Part shown: one piece after another, positions 1-14,938 of the stretch | Numbering within the stretch: position 1 is the stretch's first letter | Layout: the number at the start of each line of letters is the position of its first letter | Source of the DNA: the human T2T-CHM13v2.0 reference genome, Homo sapiens | Length of the DNA stretch: 64,000 nt | Strand: one strand, 5' to 3' | Assembly (NCBI RefSeq): GCF_009914755.1 | Contig: NC_060930.1 | Program-made: the position numbers and the translations under genes | Notes under the pieces: generated by a model | Database searches by the model: none | What the model was told of the DNA's origin: nothing | What the model saw: the letters and a program-made list of their open reading frames with translations, nothing else

Positions 1-892
1 ATTATTGAACTGCCCTCTAAAGGAAGTATGCCCTCATACTTCCACCGGTGACACGTGCAAGTAGTGGCCTCATCAATGAACAAACAAACATAGAAAACCC
101 AAAACAAAACGATAAACACTCAGAGTTTTTGCCAACCTCGTATCTCATTGTAGTGTTATGCGACCTTTCTTCTTACTATTGTGGGGTTGAGTGTCTACTC
201 ACACGTGTAAGAACCACTGACACGTCCTCTGTGTAGGCTATAGAGCCTCTTTATTTATTAGGTATATTAGCCCTTTGTCTATGCTAGGAGTTGCAGGAAA
301 AAGTTTTAAACTCATTTTCACAGGTGTGAAAGGAACGGTTCTTTACTTAAGGGCACACTGTAAACTTTTATTTTTCATTCAGCTAATATTTATTGAGGAT
401 TAACCGTGTGCTTATCATGTGGCTCCACCCAAGATCAAAACTCACTCTGAATGCTGAACAAGGCAGGCTCTGCCTTCACAGCTTAGAATCTAACAGAACA
501 GTCAATTAACCAATTGAACACACCATGATGGTAATCTGAGGTGAGTGGGTTTCATCTGGAGACAGCAGTTACAGACTCCTCTCCCCAACAGTAGTTGGTA
601 ATGCCTGTTTTCCAGATGGCAGGTGGCGTGCCACAGGGCGAGGCCATGGCCAGCTGCGTCAAGGGTCCAATGACAAGGTGAAAAACAGGACAAGAAAATC
701 TAAAAATGGAAGCACTGAAAGATTTGCCTTTGATCGATTTGGATGTTTTGTCCCCACCAAATCTCATGTTGAAATGTGATCCCCAATGTTGCAGGAGGGC
801 CATGGGGGCGGGCCCCTCGTGAATGGCTTGGTGTCCTTGCAATAATGAGTGAGTTCTTGCTCTATGAGTTCACACAAGATCTAGTTGTTTCA

Positions 893-1131
893 CCCATTGC
901 CCGTGTGCCCCGAGAACACTCTTGTCTCTAATCCTAATGGAACACCATTTACATTTCTATTACATTAGGATTAGAGACGAGTTGTTTAGAAATAATTCCA
1001 AGAACAGTTCTTATATTTTGTTTTCACACTGAAAATCAGTGATATTTGCTTCAGCCTCAAAGAACATGTTTATGTAAATTAAGTGAGCACCAGCAGTGAG
1101 CTGCACCTTTTTTCCCTAAATGGGAAATGGG
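893..1131 (+). mobile_element. MER75B piggyBac-derived MITE
   Basis: CCCATT(G)CCC...GGGAAATGGG terminal inverted repeats; TTCA/TTAA flanks; internal 16-bp inverted repeat 924-939/963-978; ~240 bp. Confidence 0.85.
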
Positions 1132-1147
1132 TTAAAAGAGCCTGGCA

Positions 1148-1261
1148 TCTCCATCCTCTCCCTCACTCCCTCTCCATCCTCTCCCTCGCTCCCTCTCCAT
1201 CCTCTCCCTCGCTCCCTCTCCATCCTCTCCCTCGCTCCCTCTCCATCCTCTCCCTCGCTCC
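1148..1261. repeat. 23-bp pyrimidine-rich minisatellite, ~5 copies (tctccatcctctccctcgctccc)
   Basis: Periodicity read directly. Confidence 0.95.
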
Positions 1262-2488
1262 ATCTCCTGCCATGCGACATGCTGGCTCCCCTTTTGCCTT
1301 CTGCCATGACTGGAGGCTTCCTGCGGCCTCCCAGTAGCAGATGCCGGCGCAATGCTTCCTGTACAGCCTGCAGAACTGTGAGCCAATAAACCTCTTTTCT
1401 TTATAAACTACCCAGCCTCAGTGTTCCTTTATAGCAACACAAACAGACTAACACAGCTTAATATGGCAGCAAATGGATTCTTACATGGTATCTTTCCCAA
1501 GAATAATGTTTCAAAAGATCTCAGCTCCTCTGTGCAATTACATTGAACATTATATAATGTTAGCTGCTGTCCCACAGAATGTAGGAGCAAACGGTTCTGA
1601 TCTAACATTGTTTGTTCTAATGTTTGGTGAGCTGGGAGAGGAATGAGAATCGGACAAGAAGAAGGAATACCAACAGTTATGGAAGCCTTTCATTTAGTAC
1701 AAATGAATCATCTAATTTTAAGGTGCTCTTATGATGAACATTCATTTATATTAATAAAACCTTCGAAAAATTCCCTACTGCAATGCTTGTTAAGAATAAT
1801 ATAAGACATTTTAAAACAACTGTACAGGTATCTGAATTTAATACAATGTAAGGTATTTCTATTAGTCTATTTGGGTTTCTTATATCTGTTATTGAGATCA
1901 CAAATGGCTCCTGACTAGTGGCATCTAATTTGGTGCAAGAATGCCTGATAGTCGATCATGTTGTATCTCAAATAGGAAAATGGTAAATATCCACTCCAGA
2001 AAGTTCAGAAATGCAACATACTTAAAATTTTAGATGCTTCATCTTAGGAAAAATTATTAGCAAGTATTTTATGGTTAATTAACAGCCAATCCCTCTTTCC
2101 AGACCAAAGTTTAAATTTCATCAAAAAAGGTATACTGATACTACTTTTATCGCAAATTCCATCTTAATGAAGTTCTCACAGAATTTTTTTCTGTGGCACT
2201 TTAAAAAAATTCAACCACAGAAAAAGTAAAACTAGACTTGAACTAAATATGTTTAATAAGCACTGACCTGCACCCAATGACTTAAAAATCAAATAGCATT
2301 CCTTTAAATGTAATATATATTTTAATTATTAAATTACTGGTAGTTACTGTAACAAGCAAAAGCGATGATGGCTGATAATACTTAGCACCAGTATCAACAC
2401 AAATTGGGGAATTTTCCAAGAGAAGAATGTTTGAAATTACACGAGTACAAATTTAAAAGACCCAGTGGCAGTGGAGGGAGATACTTAC

Positions 2489-2614
2489 TGTCGTCTCGAC
2501 CAGACTGAAAGCTGCTGCCCCTCTTCAGGGACGCTGTCTGACTGAGATGGCCCAACACTGAGGGACGTGTATCATTATCAAGATCCAACATGGGACTGTG
2601 CAGGCCTGGGTTAC
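2489..2614 (-). CDS. EXOC2: EXOC2 exon 12 (126 nt; [15 protein letters not shown]...SGRDD)
   Basis: tttcttccccag| acceptor, GACA|gtaagt donor, phase 1-1. Confidence 0.97.
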
Positions 2615-5600
2615 CTGGGGAAGAAAGGAGAGATATACAGAGTATATAGCATGCTCTATATACTCTTGCTTAGTTGATTTAATGGTCTGCTTCTCTGAGG
2701 CTATTTCTTGCTCAATTGCTCCACTCTTAAATAAGGCATTTATTAAATAAAATAAAAAGTATTTTCTCTAAACAGATTTTAAAAGTCATTCTCAGTTCAG
2801 CAAAATTGGGTGGTGGTGGGAGGATAATGCTATAAACACAAAAAGTAGCAGGAAAAATCACATTTTGCAAAACAACTTTTGGCACTAGGAAAGATAATGG
2901 AGTTCAGAATCTTCTGTTTCTTTAAATGTAGCTGACTTACACATTTTTGTAGCATAAATCTCCTCTGACTTCTCCCTTAATGCCACACTTTACACTTAAA
3001 TCCCCAAATCCCACCATTTGTTTCTTGGACACATGGGATTTCACTCCCTATGGCGTTTCTTGATGCCAGTCATCTAGTGTGGATCCTTTTCACCTCACAC
3101 TTCATATGCCAGAAGCCAGAACATTCTACTACCATCAAGAAATTGTCTTTATTGTCTCACACTCAAATACTGCTTTTTTGATTCTCATCTGAGAAGTCTT
3201 CCAGAAAACCGGCAGGATAAAGTCTACCCCGATGTTTTCCAATCCAAATTATGCTGAGAATTAGGAAACAATTTTTCTAAAATGGATCACAAAAGCCTTT
3301 AGGAATAGAATTCCATGTTGCCAAGCATGTTAGTAAGGACATTGGCTTGAAGAGGTAAAATTTACCTTGTTAGTCTAAAACACCACTCTTTAGCTGAGTA
3401 TTCAAAGAGCTTCAAAATAAACTGAATTCAAAGTGCATTTACAGAGTATTTACAGTACTGTGCATAGGACACTTGAATATTCTCCCTACAAAAATACACC
3501 TTACATTTTGCTGCCTTATTTGCTATCCTCTCTACTGGAAAGGCCTCACTCGGTTTTTCTTCTTCATCCATTTAAACCCACATCCTGAAAGATGCCACTT
3601 GAAATACAGCTATTACACAAGGTCACCTCTTCCTCTTATCTACCTAAAGTGCTACCTATCTTTTCTGCCCTCTGACAGCAGTGAGAATGTATATAATTTA
3701 TGTATATAATTTAATCGACTTCACATTCTAGAGTCTGTAGTTCATTAACAGCTAGGTATTGCCTATCTCCACCAAAGACTGCTGTTTTCTCAGGGATAAG
3801 AAGTAAATATATCTCCATGTTCCCCACAGTCATTGGACCTTCCACAAATAACTCCCACCACATGTAGTAAGTGACTGACACTAAAAAATATATTTTTTAC
3901 TTTATAACTTAATAGAATATTAAAAGCCTATGGAGTTGTTTTCAGGTGCTAATATAAAACATATTTCCAAATTAAAGTAACATTTTGGTGTCTCTGATAA
4001 TGCAAACTATTCAATAACATTTAACAGGTATTTATTGAGCTCCCTCCCGCATGTGAGGAATTGCAGGCCCGGGGGATAAAGTGATGAATAATATCTAAGG
4101 CCCTGCTCTCAAGATGTTTACATTCTGGTGGTGGAGGCAGAAAATAAACCAATAGATAAATAAACAACAAAACTATAGCAAAAAAACGCTAAGCAGAGGA
4201 GGTAAATAGTGATTGTGTGGTAAGAAAAGGCTTGATCTGACTGAGGCCCTCCTACCGTGTGCCCCTGGACGTGACACACTATCATCTCTCTCTCCAGATC
4301 CCCACAAATTCTAGCTGGTAGGTCTTAGATAAATAGAAAATAAATCATTTGAACAGATTTTTTAGTGCAACAGAAGTTTTTTTGAAGACTTACTATGTTT
4401 TGGCCACTGTGCTAAATAAATGCTGTGCATACATTTGTATTTTTGAAAATATTAAAGCTAAGATAAGAAGACTTATAAAATCCACTGTGTTACCAAAAAA
4501 ATGTGACAGAGAAAAAAAATACAGTGAAGAAAGTATTTTTTTCTAATTGACTTTTTTTCATATAAAAATGTTTGTGTGGATGTTCTAGTGATTTATGACA
4601 TTTTCCTTTGAAGTTTATACAGTTGTCACTTCTATCAATTGTGGAATTCAGGAAATGAATATCAAAATATGAATTTTCTAACATACTTTAAAGAGAAAAA
4701 TAAAGGGGCCCAAACTTAGCGTCACATTAAAAATACATATAAAAACTTCTAATTTATATTAAAATGTACATTTTTAAAGTATAAAAAAGAATGCTTTAAA
4801 CTGTTACATTTCACTTACTCTTGAAGGTTTTTAGGACTATGAATTTATGATTAAGAAGGAAAACACTTCCTAGTTTCCTGAAAATACGCATATACCATTC
4901 CTGCAAAAATACAATTATTTCAGAAAAAGTTTTCTCCTTATAACTGGTATTTTTATAACTTTAAATTGTTTAATATTAAACCATTTGTATAGTTTAAGTA
5001 CATCCTGAGTTTTGTAATGGTTAAAAGATTGATTTTTTTTCCTTTAATAACAGAAACTGTATTACTATGCTTTTGTTCTATTAGAAACCACATCATCAGT
5101 TTTCTATATCAGGAAAACAAAGGTAACCGTGAACAAATTTTCCAATTGGTACCCTGGCATTACCAGAAGTATAACACAGCAGCAGGGAGCTAGAAGAGCA
5201 CATGCCCCTCCGGACTATCAGCATCTGGAATACATTCGGAAGATGTATTTTTGCTGAGTGTCCAGAAGGTAGCGCTTCACAGCTGCACACAAATGCATAA
5301 TGTGCCCTGTCAACTAAACAGTGGGTACTAGCTTAGAAATGTATTTCTCTCCCTAACACTCGTACTTTTCTTACTGTCAAAAAATAATCTCAGAATGAGT
5401 TATTTTATAGAGAATTAGAAAGCTTATGTTTTGAAGAGAAAAGCAACACAAACATTTTAAATACCAGTTGTCACAAATTATGTATGACCAAGTGTCAAAA
5501 AAAAAACAAACACCTTGATAATTCTGACACTCCTTTTAAATTACATAACTTACTATTTCTGACTCACAAAATTATTACAAATATGAACTGGTTTCATGAG

Positions 5601-5771
5601 TAAGCATTTCTATAAAAAAAAGAAAAAAACAGTTTCCATAAAATATAAAATCAGCAAAAGTCTTTAAATATTTCACATATCAGTCTATTTTGTTTCATCT
5701 TACAATATGACAGCAATATCTCATTTAAAAAACTATACACATTACATAAAGCATATGGTGGCCGGGTGCAG

Positions 5772-6073
5772 TTTTTTTTGTTTTTTTTTTTTTGAGATGA
5801 AGTGTCACTCTGTTGCCCAAGCTGGAGCCCAGTGGCACAATCTTGGCTCACTGCAACCTCCAACTCCTGGGTTCAAGCGATTCTCTTGCCTCAGCCTCTC
5901 AAGTAGCTGAGACTACAGGCATGCACCACCATGCCCAGCTAATTTTTGTATTTTTAGTAGAGACAGGGTTTCACTATGTTGGCCAGGCTGGTCTTGAACT
6001 CCTGACCTTGTGATCTGCCTGCGTCAGCCTCCCCAGGTGCTGGGATTACAGGAGTGGGCCACCGTGTCCAGCC
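5772..6073 (-). mobile_element. AluS
   Basis: Full-length antisense Alu; TSD gggtgcagttttt. Confidence 0.95.
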
Positions 6074-6648
6074 CTGGGTGCAGTTTTTAACATCCTGTAA
6101 CAACATAAAATTGTGTTTGACTCTGCCCTTTTCAAACTAATGCTGCATTGATAGGAGTTTTCAGAGGTTACTTGTTCTCTTGGCAGTAAATTTTCTATAG
6201 AAATTAACTGTTCCTAGAATTTGTTTTCTGGATGAAAATTTTTAAAAAGCCTTTTTTTTAAAGCAGGAAATGATTACCTTGGGCCCTGATGAAAAGGTTA
6301 TAACTATGTTTTCATTTGGGCCAATACTACCAAATTGTTCCCTAAGTTTGAAATTGAGGCAGGGACTAATTTTATGAAGAATTTCCATGGCCATGCAGTT
6401 GGTATCAGGTTCTGTGGCAGCTCACCGAGGCACTAACCTATCCTGTAAAATATACCTGTAAAGATTAGGGCTTTATACTATGCAATTCTAAAAGTCTTTT
6501 TAGCTATAAAATTCTGACTCTATGATTCAAAGTTTAAATCAGAAACCTTAAATCACCACTGAGAACAACACAGAAAAGACATTTATTCCGATCACTGTTC
6601 GTACAGTTTTGGACACTGATCAGTGGTGGTGTCGTTTTAAATGTATAA

Positions 6649-7214
<566 letters not shown>

Positions 7215-8356
7215 TTACTCTGAATACAAAATTGCGAACAGGCACATCACCCTATAGTGTGGGAAATCATCACCGTAGTATTTCTAATTGCAAAATTCTA
7301 TGTGATATTTGCAGGAAAAATGATACAAAACAAAATTCTGGAAATAAATATTCTTAGGATCTAGCTATATCTTTTAACTTCCCCACATTAGTATTTGAGT
7401 TATTATTTTGTCAATATGTCAAAGAAAACATACATATGTTATCACAAATGCCTGGAATTAGTATCTTGGAAGGAAAAAAAAATCCTTTAACCACTTAACA
7501 TTAAAAAAAAGACACAACTGTTTTTAACTACTGGAAGTCAAAAGTTAGTATTTTATTTTTCCAGTTAAATACTGCTTCTATAACATATGCTTGCAATATC
7601 CTCAAAATTCCTTTTCTAATTTTAAGTATGCAGATACATTTAACAAATTATAAACAAACATAAAATTAGAAAAAAATACCTCTAGACATTTTAACAAGAG
7701 AAAAACAGTTGGAAAATTTGTTTTCAGGAGTTGCAGAAATAATTTTCTTCAGAAAACTAATGAAACAATCCTAGTCACTTCACTAGAAGTGTAGAAATAA
7801 TCAAAAATTTAAAATTTATCATTTTTCTAAAAGAAAGTAAACAATCTTTGACAATCGAGACTCTATAGAAAATGCTTATTATACCTAGAATTCTGTAGGA
7901 CTTCCAGGAAACCATATCAGTCAAATCCTTTCCACTCAAAGCTGTGCAAGTCTTTCTGATTTTCAATAGTCGGTATTTTTTTTTAACAGACTCTATACCA
8001 CAAAAAGGGCAGAAGAGACCCTTCTTAAGGGAAGCCTGCAGACGCGGAGCCAGGTGAGTAAGGTTACTGTATTTTCTCATCCTTCATGCCTACTACAGCA
8101 AGTTTTCTCACAGTCTACAATAGTGTAGGGAACACTGATCTGCAGCCTCAGACTCTCAGAAGGGTGGCCGACTTCCTCATGGCCCTTAAACACCTTTGAA
8201 CACATTTTCCTGCGCACAGCGGGCCGTTGTCCTGCACAGCAGCCCGACCACCCACTGTTGCTTGCTGACCAAACACGGGCCGGGAGCCTCCGCAGACGCA
8301 GGCAGGATGGGATTCCTTTCAAGCGCACCACACACAAGAATTTCAATGCCAAAGCT

Positions 8357-8382
8357 GGGGGTGGGGGTGGGGGTGTGGTGGG
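8357..8382 (+). promoter_or_regulatory. G-quadruplex motif / GT-box (KLF/SP-like) cluster beside a CpG-rich patch (8150-8400)
   Basis: GGGGG T GGGGG T GGGGG TGTGGT GGG. Confidence 0.5.
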
Positions 8383-11300
8383 CGTATCAAGGCAGAGTTA
8401 CAAATTCCTCAGGAATTAGACCTGTGTCAACAGATAAAAATGCTTTTTGATCTTCTGATTATACATGTATACATATACATATATATGTATATATATATAA
8501 CATTTTTAAAGTCCTGACAGGGGCATTTCCTTAATTTAAAGAGAATCACTTAATCCAAATTAAACAAAGGGAGGCACAGTTAAGAAGCCCCTGTTAACTC
8601 ACTCACTCAGGACTGTCCTTCACAAGCTCCAGGCAGCATTTCGGACGTGCATTTCAGTATCATTCAAAGCAAGAGTTCACCAAAGGAAATGTAAATTAAA
8701 AGCAAAACTACAGGTATAAACTTTGAAGAAGCATTTATTAGCTACCATTGGCCAGTTATGTGAGAATCATATATTTGTAATAAGTAAGCTGGAGAAGTGA
8801 ATGACCAAAATGAAATGTATGTTTTTGTCAAAGTCCTATGTCTTTTAGCAGTTTCATATAGATTTACATGCAGAAAAATGCTTAGAACATATAAAGGAAT
8901 TACAAAAATAACAGAATACAGAACAAAAGTACTTACAATTATCAGTATTTTTAATTACCAAGTAAAGTTAGCATTCAATGTGTGTTTGACATTCATCATC
9001 AAAATTTTTTTTCTATGAAGGATGGGGACAAGTTTAGACATGAAATGACTTCCGGCTGCCAGAAGTCTTCTTCCAGATGCACAGTAAGCCAGGGCAGTGG
9101 AAAAGAACCAGCTGCTACAATCACAAATTGACAAGGTCCTTTTCACATAGCCTTTTTGGCCTGTGTGATCTAAAAAAGATTATTCATTGTAAGGTGAATA
9201 GAATCTATTACAAAACAGGAGACACAAAAAAAAGAGACCTTAATCCAACTTTTTCTTGTGATATTCAACAGCTGTTACTTTACTACATGGGGATCTACAA
9301 ATGAGTGCTATGCTATTCCAAAAGAAATCAAATTCTCAAGTCCCAGGTTACTGACTTCTTCCACTTCCCTCTCCTGAATCTACTTTCTCACTGTGTGCAC
9401 ATACGCTGCATACATAGCGCAGCTTATACATCTTAAAGCAGGTAAATAAAACCCCACTAAGCATTTCATCTTCCAAAGACAATTTTGAAAAACTCTGTCA
9501 TCACAGCATGCAAACGAACAAGTGCACAGCAGAAGCCTTCCCTGGAGGTCCGCCCACTGGCAGCCGTACACAGGTCACAAAGGCACCACCCCAGTGCTGA
9601 GCTGCAGGGAGGGCAAGATGGAAAGAAACTAGCATCTCATATCTGTGCTCGCTGCAGTTGTGCCTTTCCTTTTTTTAAACCAACCTCTCTCAACCTGGGT
9701 TCAGGCTGTGATCAATATTCAGGAGAGAAACAATTTTTTAAATCTCTAGAAAATTAACTCCATAAAAAAAGAAGCTTCCTAATGTGCAACCTTATTATGA
9801 TAACTTTAAAATTAAAATGATAATTTTATTAAAAGATTTAGCACATATACAACAATACACTTACACTGACTTTTTAACTATGAAATTATTTGGGTGGTTC
9901 CACAGAAAATTCAATGAATCTGCTAATGGTTTCCTAATGGGGGCTGTAATTTAATCTCGCATACAGGAAGTCTACCTGACCCTGCATTATGGTAATACCA
10001 GAATTATATGTAATATTAACCCCAATAATATTTGTAAAAATGATATAAAATATGTACGTAAAGGTCCTAGCTGTATTTTTTAAAATAGCAAGATATAACA
10101 GTTTATACTATGTAAATTCAAAATCATAAATTGTAATACTATGATTTATGCATGTATGTTATGAGCTTGTACTGAAAATATGGACTTTGTGTATCTTAAG
10201 GTTCTTGGAGTAACATAAATGTTTTTATTTCTTTCAGCAAGTAATTAATACTCTAGTGAGTGTCAGAAATTATTAAAAGGGTAGATGTTTAGCACAGCCT
10301 GTTATTCAGTTTTCTTTCTATAATAGCTCCACCACTGTGAAGACTCGAAATAAACCACTCAGATGGAACATACCATCTCTAAGTTTTCAAAGAGAACCTG
10401 AGCCAGGTATAAATGTCTTTTCTTCTGCTCTGCGGCTATTCTCGAGAACTTACTGCTTACTTAACAGTGTGGCCATGTTCTAAATGTTGCCTACTGAACC
10501 CTAATTCTAATGATGTCCTTTTAGAAGTTCTAATTAAGTGCATCTCTGAAAGAAGGTAACACTTTCTCTATGAGTAGCCTGATGCCTTCTCCCTTAAGTT
10601 ATCAGACATAGCCAGCATATATTTTAACTCACATTCAGAACAAAGAAAAAAACACCTTTGAAGACCACCTTTAAAAATCCTGTTTGTGAATGTCAGTAGG
10701 GGGTTAACCAAAGGCTTTTCCTGGCAGGAAACCTCTGAAGACGCAGTCTAATTTTGGACCTATTTCACAGGAATTTTAAGAGACGGGTGACACTTCTTAA
10801 TAAGGTAGTAAAAGTTTAACATGTATAACAATTCAGAACACAAGGCTGCTTTGAACATAGGGGAAGAGAAGCAAAATGGTTAACCTGTTCAGGCTGGAAA
10901 AACACAATAAGCTCTTCCATCAGTATTTAGAAGGTTTCAAGATGAGTTTTTAAAATATTAACCTTAGTTTTGCTCTTGTTTTTCCCATCTTTTTCCATCC
11001 TTAGAAAAACCTAAATGATCACATTTGGGCTACAGAGTTAGAGGATGCAAGAGGCATGTGGAGCGTTTGGGGGTAAAGGACCAGGTGTGTGAGGTGCAAG
11101 GGTGAGCTCCTGTCCTGGCCTCGTGTTATACTCCGAAGGGCACCATCTGCTAGCACCAGTGTATATTATTACTACAAAAACGAGTCCAGACAAGGATCTA
11201 ATGCAGGACTCATAGAATTATCAACTGTACGGCAAACTCTGCTGCCAAATGCTTCATCTACAAAAGGAGCTTTCTCGGAAAAAGGTAGCTTTGTATGTAG

Positions 11301-12509
11301 GACTGCTGTCTCTGAAAATCTGTCACCATCTTTGCTCATAAAATTTTCTCTGAATACCACAGGGCTACATACAATTAACATTTTTTTCCCAAACCACCAA
11401 AGTGAAAAGCAAAAGTCTTTGCTTTAAAAAAGCAGACTTAAAAAAATATTTATATGTTAGATTTCTTAGATTCATGCACAAAGACCACATTTACTTTAAA
11501 CAGACATCAAGAATTATTTTTCCGTTTGAAATATTTATAGTCTATCCATTTAAAATTGCATTTCATTTCACAAAGCTATTCTTCTTCTTATCCATTGTTC
11601 TGCTAGTGGATTTACCTAAACAACTTTACAGTGTTAGTAGTCTAAGTACAGATATTATAATAAAGGAACTACTTAAAACTTGTTTTCTTTATATTGGAAT
11701 GTAGTAAGCTTTCATTTTAAAAGCAGGCTCCTGAGAAAACCCGCATAAAAACAATGTAGCTTTATAACAAAGTACCAGATAAAATGTAGGCAGTCCTTTT
11801 ACCGCAGATCATTTGTAAGCAATTTCTTACGGTAGTAATTGTGTTTTCAAATGCTCTAGCCTTCAGTAGACAGCTATAATCAATTCAAGGAAACAGCAGG
11901 TGCCAAGCAAACAAGTAAGTACTCTGTCACCGAGCCCCGGGCATCAGAAAATAACCAGACACACTCGAGTCAAGAGAGAGGTGGCATCCGCTGCAGGCTG
12001 CCGGCTCTGAAGCTTTACATCCAATGTATGTGCCATGAGTTCCTTTGGCTCTGATGGGGGCACTGCGGGCCTTCCCAGGGACAGCCTTACATTTCCCAGG
12101 ATCCCTCCTAAGGGACTGGATGCTCTCTCACTCACCTCCATTTTCTTAACTTGCTCATTCTCAGAGCATTTATTTACATTGCACATATAATTTTAGAAGT
12201 GAGTGATGAGGTCTGTGTAAAATTTCCTTAATAGAATTCACCTATGTATAGCAAAATAGCATAAAAGTAATAAAGACCAGAAGCACTTCATCGAGCTTGG
12301 CTAGTTTCAGGTGCAGCTCTTCATGAATCCCCAAATACCAGCCAGCCTTCCCTTACCAGGGGAACGCTCACCTGCTCTGACATCACATTGAGAAATCCTG
12401 TTTGATGCAATATTTGCTCCAACAATGTAACTCAGAGGGAGGTGTTCAGTAACCTATTCCATAACTCACTGGTCTGGAGGGAGTGTGATCAGGTGAGAGG
12501 GGGAGTGAC

Positions 12510-12602
12510 CTGGACACCCACTAGTCCCACCCCTGCTCAGGATACGGAGGACGTGTCTGGACACCCACTAGTCCCACCCCTACTCAGGATACGGAGGACG
12601 TG
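12510..12602. repeat. 47-bp tandem duplication (2 copies)
   Basis: ctggacacccactagtcccacccct(g/a)ctcaggatacggaggacgtg x2. Confidence 0.95.
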
Positions 12603-12971
12603 GGTCTGTCCTGTGGCTTCTCTGAGACACCTTTGTCACATGCGAAATAGAGCTAAAGGCATCCACAAAACTAGACAGTTTCCCAGATTTCTTCCACATC
12701 TAAAATGTCACAATTATGAGAGGATGCTCAAAGGAAATTCCAAACAATATTTAGTAGGCATTCCCCCATATTACCTTACATTTATATTATATATAATTAG
12801 GACAATAATAAAACATCCACCAAGGGTCCCTAGTCAACAACAGTTGTAGATCACACAAAAGAAAATTTGTGTGTATTCCCAGCAAACTTATAATTAAGGC
12901 AAATATTTTATATAAACACACGCACACATACACAAACATAGATATGACATTACCTGTAGATGTAAATGTAG

Positions 12972-13275
<304 letters not shown>

Positions 13276-13539
13276 ATAGATATGTGTATATTAAAGTTAA
13301 CATGTGTGCAATGACATACACATATAGAAATGATCACATACAGAAAAACACCGACATGCAAACTGGCCAAAGCACACTCTATTTCACTAATGGCGAATCC
13401 TCCTTCCATCCGAGGAAACGTTCTGTCCGCGTCTGTGCCGCATTTCATTTACCATTTGCCTGTGCACTGAGTATCAGCTCAAGGGCAATGCTATCGATGC
13501 ACTCAGAAAGATACTGAAGAAATTAAACTTTCTGAATTT

Positions 13540-13860
13540 GAAACTGGAGTATTTCATATTTAAAAAATATTCATATTTTAGGTAATGGTCATGGTATTTT
13601 GGCTACAGTTTTTAAAAAGAATCCTTATTTCTAAGAATTACATACTGAATTAATTATGGATAAAATGATGTGATCTGTTTTAGAATAATCCAGGGTGAGG
13701 GAGGGGAGAGAAGCAGGTAAGACTGGCTATGAGCTGATAAAATGAGATTGGCTATGAGTTGGTAACTGCTGAAGTCAGCGTGAGTACATGGGGTATTGTT
13801 ACATTATCCTTTCTGCTTTTAAATATAAGTGGGATTTTCCAAAATTTAATAGTGAAAATC
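13540..13860 (+). mobile_element. Old L1M (L1ME/L1MC-like) 3' fragment
   Basis: Degenerate L1M 3'UTR motifs (atccttatttc...catactgaa...gtacatggggt); boundaries approximate. Confidence 0.45.
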
Positions 13861-14087
13861 GCTTCTGACCTAAGTTCAAAAAACCACCCCAATTTTCCAG
13901 TTAAAAGCCTCTCATGTGCTAGAATTACCTACATTTAGATTAGCAGTGTTTACTGACAATGACAGAGGGAACAGTTAAGCATGTTCTGAATGTCAAAAGA
14001 AAAAATAAAATGTGAATTTAAGACATTTATATTGTATTGTCATTAAAACTGTAAAGTTCAAAGAGTTGTAAGGAATTGTTTCCACTT

Positions 14088-14383
<296 letters not shown>

Positions 14384-14938
14384 CTTCACTTTCTAATGAA
14401 AAGATGAAGTAATGAAAGTAACCTGAGGCACTGCTCCCATTCCACGCACATTCTTTCGATTATTTCCCAAGTGATGAACAAGGTGCGCAACAAGCTTGCT
14501 CAGAGTAAGTGAGTTACAAGAAAGCTTCTGTCACCTTTTTTTTTTCCAAAACACTGATTTTAAGCAATTTAGAATGAATATATATAGCAATAAATTAAGA
14601 TGTCAGGGAAGGAAAGATGACGGTGTGTTTCCCTCTATCTTTGAGAAAGATTCAGACCTTTGGTGATGGAATACTGGTTATCAGATATTTGAGGTAAAGA
14701 TATGACGAGATAGATGAAATTTTCTGGAATTTTTCCAGTTTCAAAAAGTCCATATGTTGTCTTCATAAATTACACACATATTCCAGAAATTCAAATATTT
14801 TCATACCAAATTAGGTATTCAGTTTGTTTCCTGAAAGTATAAGTAGGAAAATCCTTGGTCAGACCACATATCCTATCTGTATCCAGTGAATATGGTGACT
14901 GCATTCATCACCACCTTTGCTGGAGAGCAGTGACATTT

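Larger units (their letters stand above)
731..1455 (+). mobile_element. MST-family (MaLR) solo LTR, interrupted by MER75B and a minisatellite
   Basis: Start ...ggatgttttgtccccaccaaatctcatgttgaaatgtgatcccc; end cagcctgcagaactgtgagccaataaacctcttttctttataa...gactaacaca, typical of MSTA/MSTB. Confidence 0.85.

Noticed and set aside
4819-4900. Possible cryptic exon (ttgcag|...AGA|gtaagt) in intron 11
   Set aside because: Weak exonic donor context in very AT-rich sequence; expected by chance
5259-5277. Second CTCF-like motif tgtccagaaggtagcgctt
   Set aside because: Mismatches at key core positions
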